Below, piece after piece: positions 1 to 16,539 of a stretch of DNA of 64,000 bases (within the stretch, counting starts at the first letter, position 1; every line of letters starts with the position of its first letter). This DNA comes from Lama glama (taxonomy: Eukaryota). The notes under the pieces are model-generated. The model saw only the letters and a list, made by a program, of their open reading frames with translations. It was not told the DNA's origin and did no database searches. A program made the position numbers and the translations under genes. The stretch spans positions 27,654,001-27,718,000 of the forward strand of contig CM052816.1 of the NCBI GenBank assembly GCA_028534125.1, in the 5' to 3' direction.

Positions 1-51
1 GAATGCAGAGGCTGCACGGGCCCTAGGATCGAGGGAAGATCAAGATCAATG
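1..51 (+). CDS. 3' end of a probable exon of an unidentified host gene (truncated by window start)
   Basis: GC-richer, CpG-retaining 51 nt ending ATG|GTAAAG (GT at 52-53), then an abrupt switch to AT-rich intron-like DNA. Frame 1 ECRGCTGPRIEGRSRSM and frame 2 NAEAARALGSREDQDQ are open; frame 3 reads MQRLHGP* (TAG 24-26). Frame and coding status are unresolved. Confidence 0.45.
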
Positions 52-2084
52 GTAAAGTCGGAGTCTAATATTACTGCTTTTACAAAGTTGGAGAATTCAA
101 GGGTTATTTTCATTGAGCCATTTATACAAGACTTGAACAGAAATGTATGAAAGGAAGAAATTCTTAAAGTGCTCAAGTGCTCAGTCCTTAATTTATTCGG
201 AGATGGCTTAATTTGTTTCAGATTTTAGGGCAATGGTTGATTATATGCTATTTTAAATGCTGTATATATCTTTATCAGAATAGAACTCAGTTTTAAATAG
301 AGTTGCTCCAATTTTTGCTATTTGGATGATAAAAAGACTTAATTTTAATGGTGCTTAAATTAAGCAATCATGAATAATAGCCTCTTGTCAGAAATCCTGG
401 ATGGAAGGATAACAATTGCTTGACAACCTACCATTTACAAACTACCTTCTTTATTTTTAACATTGAGATTCAGGAGCACTAATGTAGGGCTAAAAATGAG
501 AAAAGCTGCTGGAATTCTTAAAGTTGCTTCTGTTTTGTTATATTTATTCTACTGAAAGAGGGTTATATCTTACTTAGCGTTTGTCCACTCATTAATACAT
601 AAGAAACACTAGTAATTCAATAAAAAAATAAAACCTCAGTCCCTACAAATCACAAGTTCAATGGAGGCCAAAAGACCAATAGTATAAATAGTGTTCTTTC
701 AGTGGAGACACATCAGGAAGGTTGAACAGTTAGAACAAAACTAAATAATTAAGAATCATGGAAACTGACTATACTTCAATAAACATATATATATACAAAG
801 AAGGAATCATGGAAATGTTTTAAAAGAAATTGTATTTTATGTGAGAATGCTAAATGTGTCTACTGCTGATAGTACGTCAAATCCAAGTACTGACTAAAGT
901 AGTTTAAGAAATGTCAGTTTTGATTAGAATTTTGACAATGTCCTAGCATTAAATGATTTTATGTCCATTCAGTCTAGAATACTGTATCTAAACATACGTG
1001 GAAAAAATGGACTTATGAACTTGACAGAATGGGGAATCATCTATAATAATTTTATATCAAAAAAGAAGCCCAAAGCTATAGTTTCAGATTTTTATTTTAT
1101 CTTATAACTAAGATTTTTGCAAGCTATCTTTCATAGAAAAGTAAAGAAATGATATTTGCCTTTAGGATAAATATGACTTTTTTCAGTTTTCAAGAACTGA
1201 GTTTTGAATTTTCATATTTGACATTTAACACAAAAAAACTCATCATAATGCTAATTTTTTAATGTGTGAATCAATTGCAGTATTGTGTGATTGTATATTC
1301 TTAATGAAAAGTGATCTCTACGTATATCCACTGATCAGAGAAGTTTTATACACTAAGTGGAACACGATGCCAAAAATAAAAATGTATTTATGAAATGGCT
1401 CTTAATTTTTAATTTAAGCAATAGAGTTTCCTATGGTCATGCATATTTAATATATTTACTAGGGTTTAAGGCCATTCTTCATTGGCTTTGCACTGAGCTT
1501 TCAGAATAGCACCACTCTGATGCCATAGCCAAAAAAAATTAGGTCATCACTGTTTGTAGAATAAAGGAACCACATGAGTTCCTATGTTAATGCAAGCAAA
1601 GGTATTGGAATAACATTAAGCTTTGTTTGATCCAACTCTGCAGTTATTCTAAGAAAGCAAAGATTACGCTTCCAATTTTGTTGACGCCATAATATATCAG
1701 GGTACATAATAGTACTAGGCTTATAATTATAATGTTAAGGCTCTCAAAAGTATTCCTAAATCAAAAATACAGAGATAATATATCAGAACTACTCTTTTCT
1801 AGGTATTTGCATATTTTAACTTATTATTGAATACTACATTTTTTCAACTGAGAAATTTTATAATGTATTAATCTTATAAATCTCTCTTGATTTCCATGCT
1901 TCCCTCCTGGTAATTTGCATTCTTTGATCATGATGTTTGGGCTAGCAGTAGACAGGCAGGGAATGATCAGATTTTAGTTCAATATTTAAAAGCTACTTAG
2001 CAATCCATACTCATTCCCTGATTCTAAAACCCAAATTATCACCATACAGGTTCACATTTGTGTTCAATCTCAAGTTACAAAAGC

Positions 2085-2790
2085 AATTCATTGTATTTCC
2101 CCTAATCACAGCCCTTTCAAACTTCCATTAAATCCTCAGTTTTCATTACTTCCTGAGTAGTGACTGGCTCCACAATCATCCCAGAAACCTGAGAATGTCA
2201 TGAATTTTTCCCTTTATCTTGTTTTTCGTATCAGTTAATCTAGCCTGTTGGTTCTTTTTCCTAAACACATCTCATTTCTCTCCATACTTCTCCATTTTCA
2301 CTGCCACATTTCTAGCTCAGGCATTAATCATCTGTCACCTGCCCTTGGAACAATCCTCTTAGCTGTCCTTTATACTGCTAGAATGTTGCTCTATCCTGCA
2401 TCCAAAGTAATCTTTGTAATGAGGGTATATGATCATATCACTTTCTTCCATGTAATTCTTCAGTGGTTCCCCACTGCTTTCAGGATAAATTTTAAACCCT
2501 TTCCACATAGCATATAAAACCTTGACTTTCTCTGCAGCTTTAATATTTAGAACTCCCATCTTTGCACTCTATATACCACAAATGGTCAACTACTTGTGAT
2601 TGCTGGAACAGCCTATTATCACAAACCTCTGAGAGTTTGCTCAGGCTGTTCCCACTGCTTGGAAATCCCTTCATTACCTGTCTGTATAATAAATACTCTT
2701 TCTGCATGCTTTTGGCAAGATTTTTTTCCCCTCCCATCACTCAGAACTTCATCACTCCGATTAGCCTTTGAGACTACCAGGATTATTCCA
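2085..2790 (+). mobile_element. LINE-2 (L2) fragment, 3' region
   Basis: Pyrimidine-rich degenerate L2 motifs, e.g. gatcatatcactttcttcc...cttcagtggttccccactgctttcaggataaattttaaaccc. Confidence 0.75.
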
Positions 2791-2899
2791 CCCTACGTTT
2801 GATTTTGGTGTATTTTATTCCCACTGGAAACCTCAGACTCTCATCCCCATAGGGTTTGTGTTAAACTTTATCTGACTCTACTTTTTACCCCTTTTCCCA

Positions 2900-3510
2900 A
2901 TTTCATTCCCTAAACTCTGCTAGCTCATTCTATGGAACTTATGATTTGCCATTGTCAAAATATCCTTTATCATCAACCTCTTACTTGAACATTCCCTTTA
3001 CCTTCATTCTCTAACCAAGACTTGGTTGTAGCCTTACCACATTAATTCTCTTGCCGGTTTCTCAGGTGGTGGCTATTTTTTTTCTCCTATGGCTCTTATG
3101 ACTCTGAGCCTGAAATTGAAATAAACACCCTTTCTCTCTGTTGATTGAAAACATTTTCTTTCCCTCTTTCCAAAAAGGCTCCAGCATTGAAGTTTCTGCC
3201 ATCAGACTATGTCACTCACTATTATTTCTGTTAGCTACATACAGGCCAATCTCTCCCATTTCTTGAATACTCAAGAATTAGTGCACTATCACATTCTCCA
3301 GTACAACAAATATAAAAAGCTGATGATTTCAGTATTCACATAGATTCAAAGAGATGGATCTTCTTCTTCCTTGCCTTGTTTCTCAATTCTCCAACTTTCC
3401 TTTATTAACCCTATTGTTACCTTAAAACAACCACTCTCATGTTCTTACTCTAAGCTAGCCATAACCAACAACTGCACTTCTTCCTCCAAAATTTCATTTT
3501 TAAGCATACT
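2900..3510 (+). mobile_element. Degenerate L2-like fragment (endonuclease-region-like)
   Basis: Pyrimidine-rich tract resembling internal L2 sequence (ctctaaccaagacttgg..., aaccactctcatgttcttactctaagctagccataacc). Confidence 0.5.
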
Positions 3511-3529
3511 GCTTTCTCTTCCTTTCCAG

Positions 3530-3790
3530 CATTTTATTATAAAAAGTTTTCAAACATACAGGAAGGTTGAACGAATTTTTACAGTAAACACCTGTATACT
3601 CACCAGTTGGATTCTATTAATATTTTACTGTATTTGCTTTAAGACATATCCGTTTTTCTGTCTATCTCTCTTTCCATCATTAATCAATCTTATTTTAAGT
3701 GAATTTCAAAATAAATCATAGGTGTGAGTAAACCTTCTTTAGTACCTTAGAATAAACATCAGTAACTATTACCTAATTATTTGTTTGCCA
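3530..3790 (-). mobile_element. Old L1 (L1MC/L1MD-like) 3' end
   Basis: ttttattataaaaagttttcaaacatacaggaaggttgaacgaatttttacagtaaacacc is a typical antisense L1M 3'UTR end. Confidence 0.65.
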
Positions 3791-3819
3791 TTGCAGTAAT
3801 ACACACACATAATTATTTG

Positions 3820-3952
3820 CATCTTGCTCCTGCTTTACTACTGGACTGTGATCTTGAGGGCATGCACAATGATCCACTTACATTTGTATCCTTATGGGCT
3901 AGCACAGGAGCGTTTAGCAGGTGGTAAATAAATACCATTTGAATGAATGAAG
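3820..3952 (+). mobile_element. L2 3' tail
   Basis: ctggactgtgatcttgaggg...ctagcacagg...aataaataccatttgaatgaatgaa, the characteristic L2 terminus. Confidence 0.8.
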
Positions 3953-5699
3953 GTCTCTTCTCTCAGTAATACTAATATAGAAAATTAAGATATAAGGATA
4001 AATCCCACTGGATCACTCAAATCATGGTTAGGTTATCTTAACAAATCAGGCAGGGAACATTGCCAGTAAATGAGGACACTTAAGACTGAATTCACAGACA
4101 AGTCAGGCTTTTTGTTGAAATGCTTCTATTACTTCTTTACATCCCAAAGAAGTGAAAGAATTGAAATTTATTTCATGTGCAAAAGGCATTAGAGCTTAAT
4201 TGCTTTCTTCAGAAAGCCATGCTTATCACTATAGTCACATTTATTTTCTATTATGGCTAAGCAGTGGCTAATATTTTTAGTTAGTTTAGTATGCCTAGAA
4301 TAATTATGGCCATAATCTATTAATATAGAATTACTTCCAGAATGTGTTTTACCTTTGAGCTTGGTTAAGTAAAACTATATCGTGCATAAAGACACTATTA
4401 AGGAATAAAATGTTCACATCAAATCTTGTTAGGTTATATGGATCAAGCATTTAATACAATGGATGCAATCTTACTTGGATTTTAAACATCTTGTTGATTT
4501 TCCATGCTTGCCTGTAGTATAAGTTATAATGATGTTATCATGTTAATAAGAAAATGAAGACTATGTAATATACCATACTCTCAACAATGTAATTGGATAA
4601 TTTATCCTTACTGCTACAAGAATCAGTAAGCATACTTACTGAACAGATGCAAAGAAAGAGAAATGTGTGCGGTGCTCTGACAGAATGACACCAGCCACAA
4701 TACTAAACAAGGAGCATGTGTCATAAACGCCAACCTTATATAATAGAATAACACATTTTAAAACACAAGTGTGATCATAAAACCATCTGCTTCATAATCA
4801 GCTTGCATAGTACACCTGGTATTGCTACACTGCTTACCAAATTGTTCCTAAATGCATTTTGAAAACATAAAGTGAATACAGATAGTCTATGGGTTGAGAG
4901 ACTAAATGTCCAGATGGCTTCCTTTAGTATCTTAACTAATTTTATCATTGTATTTCTTAATTAAGCTCTAAGTAAGCATGTAAGTGTTACCATTAAAGAC
5001 ACATATTGATTAAATAAATGTTTGAAGGACTCATGTAAGTGGTGGTTTCAATTTAGTTCTATAAGTTGAGTATAATTTTATTTCTACTTATTTACTTCTT
5101 TCTATTAAAACAAAAGAAAGTAAAACATCACTAGAGTCCTTATTTCAATCATAATGTCATATATAGTATGAAGATATTTTTAGAAGAAAGAGCAAAGCTT
5201 AAAATGATAAATTAATGTAGAGCACAAAATAGTTTCTGGCTTTAAACTTTTTTAAAAAGACAGTTAAAAATGTAGCCTAAACTCAGAATACACCCTTAGC
5301 TTTTATTATCATTGACGTCAGACAATCTGTTACTATACCTTTTGTAAGAGTAACACTTGAGTTGGAGATAATTATTTCTTGGTTGATCAATATTTCACAG
5401 GCAAAGTTCTTTATACTACTAGAAGAAAAACTGCAAAGAATCTGTGCAGGTTAGAAGTTTATGTTAATAATCATGTGGGTTACTCTTTTCATTGTATCTT
5501 TTCTGTAAGAGTTTGAACTGTTTTCTTGGTTAGGATTTTAGGATTTACATGTGCTTGTGTGTCCCTCTCCTATCAATATTGTTATTTTCAGTACAATCCT
5601 ATTTTTTTTCTCTCCTGGGGGGAAAGGAAGGAGTGTTTCTATTAGAATATTTTAACAACTTTTTAAATAAACATTTAAAAATATTTAATTTCTTATCTG

Positions 5700-7955
<2,256 letters not shown>

Positions 7956-10351
7956 TGGAAGCAGACCAAACTTTTGTCTTCAGTCCCTCCCACTGGCTTC
8001 TCCTTTGGGAATAGCGAGAGGGCGATCAAGATGATGGATTTCTGATGATGCCTGTTGTGTGCACATGTTGTGTTTCTCTAACAATCAGCCTTAGTGACTT
8101 TGTCAATGCGTTTTGCTGTATTGAAGCTGTATACATTTGAGTCTCACTGGACATATATTTGATTGATCTTACAAGCAGACTAGAGAGCCTGAGGCTCAGC
8201 TCTCTGATTTGCCCATCGGCCACTGTCTGTCACAGTTTTTATAACAAAGCCTTTTAAAGTATAATTTGTTAATTTTGGATTATTCCATGAAATAATTTTT
8301 AGTCAGCACTCACCATTACCAGGAGTAGGTTAACTCCGTGATTCTCCTATCAGTGTTACTATGTATCTTCTTACAGTTTTTCTCACTGAGTTTTGTTTAT
8401 TGAAGTATCATTACATACAGTATGCTGTACAAATTTTACGTGTAGAATCATGCATATGTTATTTGCTTCTGAAGTACAATACTCTTGACTTTTGGCACTG
8501 GTAGCTTGAATGATTTACTGCAGTCTGTATTTAATTTATATTCATAGTATTTATAATTTGGCATTTTTCCCTGAAAAGAATGGTTCAAAGTAGAAGATTA
8601 TATCCAAAACAAAAATAAAAGAAATAATTCACATTTTAGTCATTTTATTTTTAAAAAGTAATTTTTAAAATTCCCCTGAGTAAATAACAAAGCTACAAAT
8701 TCACATAGTTTGAGGGAGCTAAGAGTAGACAAAATTCAAAACTTGACTTAATCTGACTTACAGAAATTGTACCGCATTCTCTTTTGCACCTGTTAAATAG
8801 AATCTTTTCCCCACATTCTTATTACAATGTAGCAGCAGAAATGGAATCTTATTTTATTCTCATTTTGCTTTATTTTACATGATCCCTAGTATTTCTGCCT
8901 CAAATAAATTTCTAGAATGTCTTTTAAGAAGCACTTATAAGTCTTTTCAGGCCCTTGGTATTTATTGCCTTTACAGAGTAAAGTACATATTTGAGTGGGA
9001 GAAAAAATCTGTAAATAGTATACATTATTTAAAAAGCTGCACATTTCATTTCTTGGCTTGGTTTGTAAAAGTTAATGTGTGTAATGTCATATTGAATAAA
9101 ACATTAGCTTTGAGATATGCCTGAAGATATTATCTTCTAATATGGAACCAAATTATTCTTTTTTTAACTTGTATAACGACTATGAATTAGTTATAGTAAT
9201 TTAGGTTTGCCTAATTTTGATGCTTTTTTGAGACCATAATCAGCTTCCAATTATTTTAAAATTATATTAAAGTTTTCAAAGTTAGGTAATTCTTATAGAG
9301 CTTTCATAAGTTTTGACTTGTCTGTTTATCACCCCTCCTATTACTTACTGAATATTTTCTGTTAAAATGACTCTTTTGAAAAGAAAACAAAGCCTAAAAT
9401 AATGTTTTAACCTTTTTCTTACAATAGTATAACAGTTTTCATGTATATTTAGTAAACACATTACCATTTAAACAAGAAATGTTTACCTGTATACTAAGTA
9501 ACCATATCAAGTACTCAGTATTAAATGCAGTACATCTTGAGAATGACTCTATTATATTGTGCATAATTATGTTATGAGGGAATGAGTTGGTTTGATCATA
9601 TCTCTAGTCTCTGAGTATGGTTCTATACAAGTCTACACTCTAGGTGTCCACCAATCGTTGGGCTACCAAATTCTGGTAAAAGGATCAACCAGTTGGAATC
9701 ATAGTTTCACTTATGGAAGTCTTAGACAAATACAGGTAAACTACTTTAAATTTCTGTTTTAAAAATACTGTGTTACATTAAAATATAAATTAAGGTACTG
9801 TGATCTGGACAAATGGAGAATGGTCCCACAAAAATGTACATTATCTCTGTGGAAATTCTGACTGCAAAATCTTGTCTGCTAACAGTAGTGGCATATTCAA
9901 CTATTTGTGGGCAAAAATAAGAGACAAAAAGGAGATGAAGCTTCTCAAAATGGGAAGAATGGCTATCTATGATATTGATAAAGGAAACAATGGACCATTG
10001 CGGGGCTTTCATAAAAGCCAGATGTTCATGGTGCTTCTTAATTTCCCATTTTTGTAGATGTGGGAAGAGTTAGGTTAAGTGTACAAATAACTGAGGTTGT
10101 ATTACTTGATAAGTTCTAAATATATACTTAGAATCCAAAAGTCCTCAGATTAAAACTAAAAATGCTTTTGATGTAAAGCAGCCTAAAATGTTTTTGTAAA
10201 TTAGAGAGTCAAAGGAAGCCCATGGGAAATATTATGTATAATTTAAGAGATTAAGGGTGTATTGGACATTATCAGATTTAGAGAATAGTATGCTGAACCG
10301 CATATAATGTTTAAACTGTGTTTTTGCTGAGATTTGATGTTCTGAGATTGT

Positions 10352-12323
10352 GATTCTCTCTTTTTTTTAAACTGAAGCACAGTAGGTGATAATGTGTCAG
10401 TTTCTATTGTACAGCACAACGTCCCAGTCATGCATATATATACATACATTCATTTTCATATTCTTTTTCATTAAAGGTTATTACAAGATATTGAATATAG
10501 TTCCCTGTGCTGTCCAGAAGAAACTTGTTTTTTAAAATATATTTTAATATATAGTAGCTAGTATTTGCAAATCTCAAACTCCCAAATTTATCCCTTCCTA
10601 GCCCCTTTCCCCAGTAACCATAAGATTGTTTACTATGTCTGCAAGTCTATTCCTGTTTTGTAGATGAGTTCATTGTGTTCTTTTTTTCCCCTTTTTGTTT
10701 TTAGATTCCACGTATGAGTGATAACATACAGTATTTTTCTTCCTCTTTCTGGCTTACTTTACTTAGAATGATGATCTCTAGGTCCATCCATGTTGTTGCA
10801 AATGGCATTATTTTATTCTTCTTTATGTCTGAGTAATATTCCATTGTATAAATGTACCATAACTTCTTTATCCAGTCATCTGTCGATGGACGTTTAGGTT
10901 ACTTCCATGTCTTGGCTATTGTTTATAGTGCTGCCATGAAAATTGAGGTGCATGTATCTTTTTGAATTAGAGTTCCCTCCAGATATATACCCAGGAGTGG
11001 GATTGCTAGATCATATGGTAGGTCTTTTTTTAGTTTTTTCGGGAATCTCCATACTCTTTTCCATAATGGCTGCACCAAACTACATTCCCACCAGCAGTGT
11101 AGGAGGATTCCTTTTTCTCTGCACCCTCTCCAGCATTTATCATTTGGGGACTTTTGAATTATGGCCATTCTGACTGGTGTGAGGTGATACCTCATTGTAG
11201 TTTTGATTGACATTTCTCTGATAATTAGATATTGAGCATTTTTTCATGTGCCTATTGGCTATTTGTGTGTCTTCATCGGAAAATAGCTTGTTTAGGCATT
11301 CTCCCCATTTTTTGATTGGGTTGTTTGTTTTTTTGTTATTAAGTTGTATGAGGTGTTTATATATTCTGGAAATTAAGCCTTTGTCAGTCGTATCATTTGC
11401 AAATATTTTCTCCCCTTCTGTAAGTTGTCATTTTGTTTTGCTTATGGTTTCCTTTGCTGTGCAAAAAGCTTGTAAGTTTAATTAGATCCCATATGTTAAT
11501 TTTTGCTTTAATTTTTATCGCCTGGGTAGACTACCCTAGGGAAACATTGCTAAGATTTATGTCAGAGAATGTTTTTTCCTATGTTTTCTTCTAGGAGGTT
11601 TATCATATCTTATCTTATATTTAAGTCTTTAATCCATTTTGAGTTTGTTTTTCTGTATGGCGTGAGGCAGTGTTCTAACTGCATTGATTTACATGCTGTT
11701 ATCCAGTTTTCCCAAAAGCACTTGCTGAAGAGGCTGTCTTTTCTCCATTGTATATTCTTGCCTCCTTTGTCAAAGATTAACTGACCGTAGGTCTGTGGAT
11801 TTATTTCTGGGCTCTCTATTCTGTTCCATTCACATGTCTGTTTTTATGCCAATACCATGCTATTTTGTTACTGTAGCTTGTAGTATTGTCTGAAGTCTGG
11901 GAGGGTTATTCCTCCAGCTTCATTCTTTTTTTTTCAATATTGCTTTAGTAGTCTAGGTCTTTTGTGACTCTATATATTTTAGGATTATTTGTTCTAATTC
12001 TGTGAAAAATGTCCTGGGTAATTTGATAGGGATCGTATTAAATCTGTAGATTGCCTTGGGTGGTATGGCCATTTTAACAATATTGATGCTTCCAATTCAA
12101 GAGCATGAAATATCTTTCCATTTCTTTAAGTCATCTTTATTTCCTTAATCAGTGTTTTGTAGTTCTCCATGTGTAAGTTGTTCACCTCCTTGGTCAGATT
12201 TATTCCTAAGTATTTTATTGTTTTGGATGTGATTTTAAAAGGGATTGTTTCTTTACTTTCTTTTTCTGCTAAAGAAATGCAACTCATTTTTTATGTCAAT
12301 CTTGTCTTCTGCTAAGATTCTCT
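10352..12323 (-). mobile_element. 5'-truncated young L1 (about 2 kb; ORF2 C-terminus and 3'UTR)
   Basis: Minus-strand [45 protein letters not shown] is the L1 ORF2 Cys-rich C-terminus. T-run at about 10361. Candidate TSD gattctct at 10352-10359 and 12316-12323. Confidence 0.95.
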
Positions 12324-12749
12324 TTTCTGCTCTAAATAATATATTAGTGTCTATAATTTAGGAATTAATGTTTAGTAATTATTATGCATGTGTGCTTTTA
12401 TAAAGCATCTATTTATAGAATAAGCTGGGTTGACTAGAAAAACTTGTTTTGATCTTTGGTACAGGATGTTTGTGAATTTAATAAAATTCCTAATTGTAAT
12501 ATTTTGAAAAGATCAAGATTTAACAGCAGGTTTGCTCAATCAAGTGATGGTCTTCTTTCTGCATTTCAGCAGTTTAATTTTCCTGATATATAGTCTAACT
12601 TACAATAAAATAAATTGAATTCTCTATTTCAGGAGTTTCATTTTTCTGAACTTACAGTATATCTTACAATAAAATAAATTGAATATTTTATGAGTAACAA
12701 TAGTCATTAAAATGAGATTTTGAATGGTATGATCATGTTCTGTATTCAA

Positions 12750-12985
12750 GCAGTGTAAGTTTGTGACTAAGAGCATAAGTTAGAAATCAGACAGATCTGG
12801 GAAGGGCTCAGTTTCTCCCACTAATCAGATGAAGAAGTGCTTTATAAGCCTCAGTTTTCTCATCTTTAAAATGAAGACAATAAGAGTGCCTATCTGATTT
12901 TTTTGTATGGATTAAATGAGATAATTTGCATAAAGTTCTTGGCGTAGTCCTAGGGACAGAATAAGCACTCTGCAAAAAGCTATTA
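12750..12985 (+). mobile_element. MIR SINE
   Basis: MIR core cctcagttttctcatctttaaaatgaagacaataa...gattaaatgagataat. Confidence 0.85.
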
Positions 12986-14714
12986 TTTTAAGTAATAATA
13001 TAAAAATAAATAGAGAAAGTAAAGTAAACTAAAACTGATGACATGATTGAAGAAAACAAAATTTGTATGTAATTAAAGAGAGATTTCTGGTTAAGATTAC
13101 CATTACCATATTGAAGAAAAATTTATTAGCAGATGGTTTAAAACATTCAGTTATCTTGTAAAGAAAGTCTTTGTAGGAGCCAAGAGGATAACTATCAGAG
13201 CTGTGAAAGTAAAGTGGTGACAATATAATTTTTGTAACTTATCAATGTCCTTTGATGATTATTGAGAAAGGTAAAAATTAACTTTTTATTTTTAAATTGA
13301 TGGTCATGAATTTCTTTAGGTAGGGACCCAGTGATATTTTGACCTGCAACAGTCAGTTAAATTCTGCTATGAAGTGATGACCCACTGTACCCTTACTTGT
13401 TCATTCATGACCTTTTCTTTTTGCATAATCTGTACAAACAGATTTGCTGCCTTCACACCTCTCCTCAAATTTACAGTTGCCCTAAGCTGTCCCAGATGTT
13501 AGAGAAAAATATGTTTAATCCCTAAATCAACTCATTTGCTGATACATTTTAAGAAACAAATATGAAAAATAAAAGTAACCACAATTATGGACAATATACA
13601 AGGCCTAGGAATAGATGGTAATTGAAAACATTTTTACATTAAGTGCCGTTTAGAGGTTTTCCAGATGCACCTATATTATGATTCAGCTTTTCCGGAAAAA
13701 CTTAATGATTGTAAGAAATAAGCTTTTGATTGTGTGTCTCCTCCCTTGTTTTCTCCTTATGCATTGCTCTTTTGGGAATTTACATAATATACTGAACTTT
13801 TAGAACAGTGGTCATCATAATGTATTTGCCTTGATAAAGAAGAAAAATTTTGATTCTTAAATTTTCAACTATTCTTTTTCTCTCAATTTATAATCATTGT
13901 CAAACATAAAATAGCATCTTGTCAACACACTCTTAGTTTCCAGAAACATGTATTTTTGAGAAATTAGAAACAGTGCAATGTAGGCTTAAACTATGAAGCA
14001 TGTTATCTTCCAATAGTAAAATATAGAGGAATATTAAAAACAAACAAAAATCAGTGTGAATGATATGCCTTGTTATGGTAAAATTCCAAGCAATAACAAA
14101 TATTTGAAACTTTAGTAAGTGATTTCTTTTTAGGCTTCAAATAATATATACTTGATTTTACTATGAATTTATAGTAAAGAAAACTTGAAATGGAATTCTA
14201 CTAAAATAATGTTTTTAAAATAAAGGTTTAGTGATATTATTAACATTAGCATTTCTCTATTATATAACATTAAACATAATTTTTAGCAATAAAACAATGA
14301 AAAAATTTGAAACAGTATGCCTCCTAAATGCTTTTAAATTTTACTCTTGTACACTTAATTTTTTATTCGAAATTCGTTCTATAAACTGCTGTGATGATAA
14401 TGTTCATTTTTTCTGCTAACGTCTGCATTCATCAAAAGAAAATATAGTGAATTGACTGCAAATAGCATAATCATGTTTATATAAATATCTGCCTTATAAT
14501 TAAGCTGATTGACAGACCACAAAAACAGTAGATCCTGCATGTAATTCTCTTTTAGTAGGAAGAGATGCAGCTACATTTCTTTCCTTCACTTACATTTTGT
14601 ATTTTAATGAGTCTAATCATTACTCCAGATGTTTTTGTGTCTGTAGAATTATATTTATCAAATATACCATTTGGTCATGAAAAAACCATCATTATGAGAA
14701 TGGTCTGATTTTTT

Positions 14715-15090
14715 ATTCATTCACTCATCCATCCATCCATCATTCTTTAATTCACTTATTGAGCTCCTAATAGGCACAGCCACTGTTAATTAATGAGAAT
14801 AACATTACGAATAAGACTCACAGTCCAGATACGCAGAGAGCTCTTAGTCCAAAAGAAGGAGATAGATCAACAAGAGCAGTGATGATGTATAATGATAAGA
14901 GTTAAGAGAGAAACACATCCAGGATGCTATGGGAACACGGAGAAGGGATACTGGAGCAGTCTGGGAGGCTTCTAGGATGAAGTGTTGATTGAATGTGGGC
15001 TGACTAAATGAAAAGTTAGCTAGGCAATAAACAGGGGGCAAGAACATTTTCAATATGTACAAAAGTATGAAGGCAGGAAAAAGCATGATA
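14715..15090 (-). mobile_element. L2 3' fragment
   Basis: Antisense L2 tail ttcattcactcatccatcc...cacttattgagctccta followed by a purine-rich body. Confidence 0.75.
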
Positions 15091-15954
15091 TGGCCAAAGA
15101 AAATTTCTTCTTTTTAAAGTGTAGAGTTGAATAGGTAGATAGGCATTGTGGAAGAGATTCAGAGAGATTAAATACTTTAATCAAGGTCGTAAATTTAGTT
15201 AATGGCAAAGAAAGAACCTGAACAATGGACTTTTGTTTGGTTGGTTTTTGTTTTGAAAATCAAATACCTTATGACAAGGAGTCTGTAATTCAACTTCTAC
15301 TCTGAATTTCAAACTGCACAGCTCCAAGGAGTGTAGTGACTTCACTGTGTTCAGAAGTGCAGTATGATTGCCATATCTTTGTTCAGTTTTTGAGACCATT
15401 TCCTTTAGACTCTTGTCACCAGCATCCATTTTTAAGTGAAACATAATATATATAAGACCAAGCCTCAACTCTGCTGAGTATCTCATGAAAGTGACCCATT
15501 TGGATCAGGATGGGGAGATAGGGATGGAGTAAATGTAAGAATAAGACTAGCTGGTTCTTAAAGCTCTGTGAAAGAACAAGCTAAGTCACAGAGGTTTTGC
15601 ATATGTTACAGTGATTTCTGTATTATGTGCTTCAGCAAAAAAGACTCAGAATATCTTAAGAAAGATGTTGATAAAAGTAGTACTTCTAACAGAAATCAGT
15701 GATACTAATTAATTTAATATCCAGTGTTCCATGATTCTCAGCTTAGACCTTAACAGATACAGTTTATTGTTAGAAAATTGGAAGAAGTGGTATTATTGTG
15801 TGACATGCTTGATAGCCTTAGGGAGAAAATTTGTAAGTAACACAGTTTGGGCAGAACATTGGGTGTGAACTAGAGTGGGATATGGAATTGTCTACAAAAT
15901 CAAATCACATTAATTTATATCATGAAAGTTCTTGATAGTTCTAATTTCAATATA

Positions 15955-16400
15955 CATTAATTTACTAAACAAATAGTTATTGAATGACAGCTATATACCA
16001 GGCACTTTTAGAGTTTTGAAAATAGAAAGATGAAAACTGTTTTCTGACTTAAAGGAACTTACTACAGAGTAAAGGATGTTCATGATAGTCATAATACCGA
16101 TGTTCGTGATAGTAATAATTACTTTTCTAAAGTTCATTCTCCAATAACTGGAAAACTCACCTGTGTCTCTCTTTACAATAAACTCAATGAATTTAAAAAG
16201 CTCTTGTTTCTTGATATATTGTTATATCTGTGAACCTTTTGTCAATTCAGAACATATTTGTTGACCAACCTACTATGTGTGCCAATCATTTATTGAGAGG
16301 CTAAAGATAAGAATAGGATTTAGTTCTTGCTTTCAAGAAAGTTTTAGTCATGTGTGATCATAGAGATAAATACATCCTAATTTTAGCATATATTAATAAG
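15955..16400 (-). mobile_element. Two short L2 3' tails (about 15955-16075 and 16240-16400)
   Basis: aacaaatagttattgaatgacagctatataccaggcact and aacatatttgttgaccaacctactatgtgtgcca. Confidence 0.6.
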
Positions 16401-16539
16401 TGAATCCAAAGTCAAAGGGAAAAATGTTATGCAGTCTTGCTTTCCTCTTCTCTATCCTCTTCTCAACTCTTGAGTGCTTTTTGTTCTTCTCCTTTGATGT
16501 TTGTGTGAGTTTGGATTAGTTTTGTTTAGATTAGTTTAT

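Noticed and set aside
1..51. Assigning a gene symbol (furin-like ECRGCTGP, or PH-helix-like SREDQDQW)
   Set aside because: The resemblances are too short and I do not recognise the protein; a database search is needed.
8025..8210. Possible C/D snoRNA (tgatga/ctga motifs) and short palindrome at 8182-8205
   Set aside because: No canonical RUGAUGA box with a terminal stem and a properly spaced D box.
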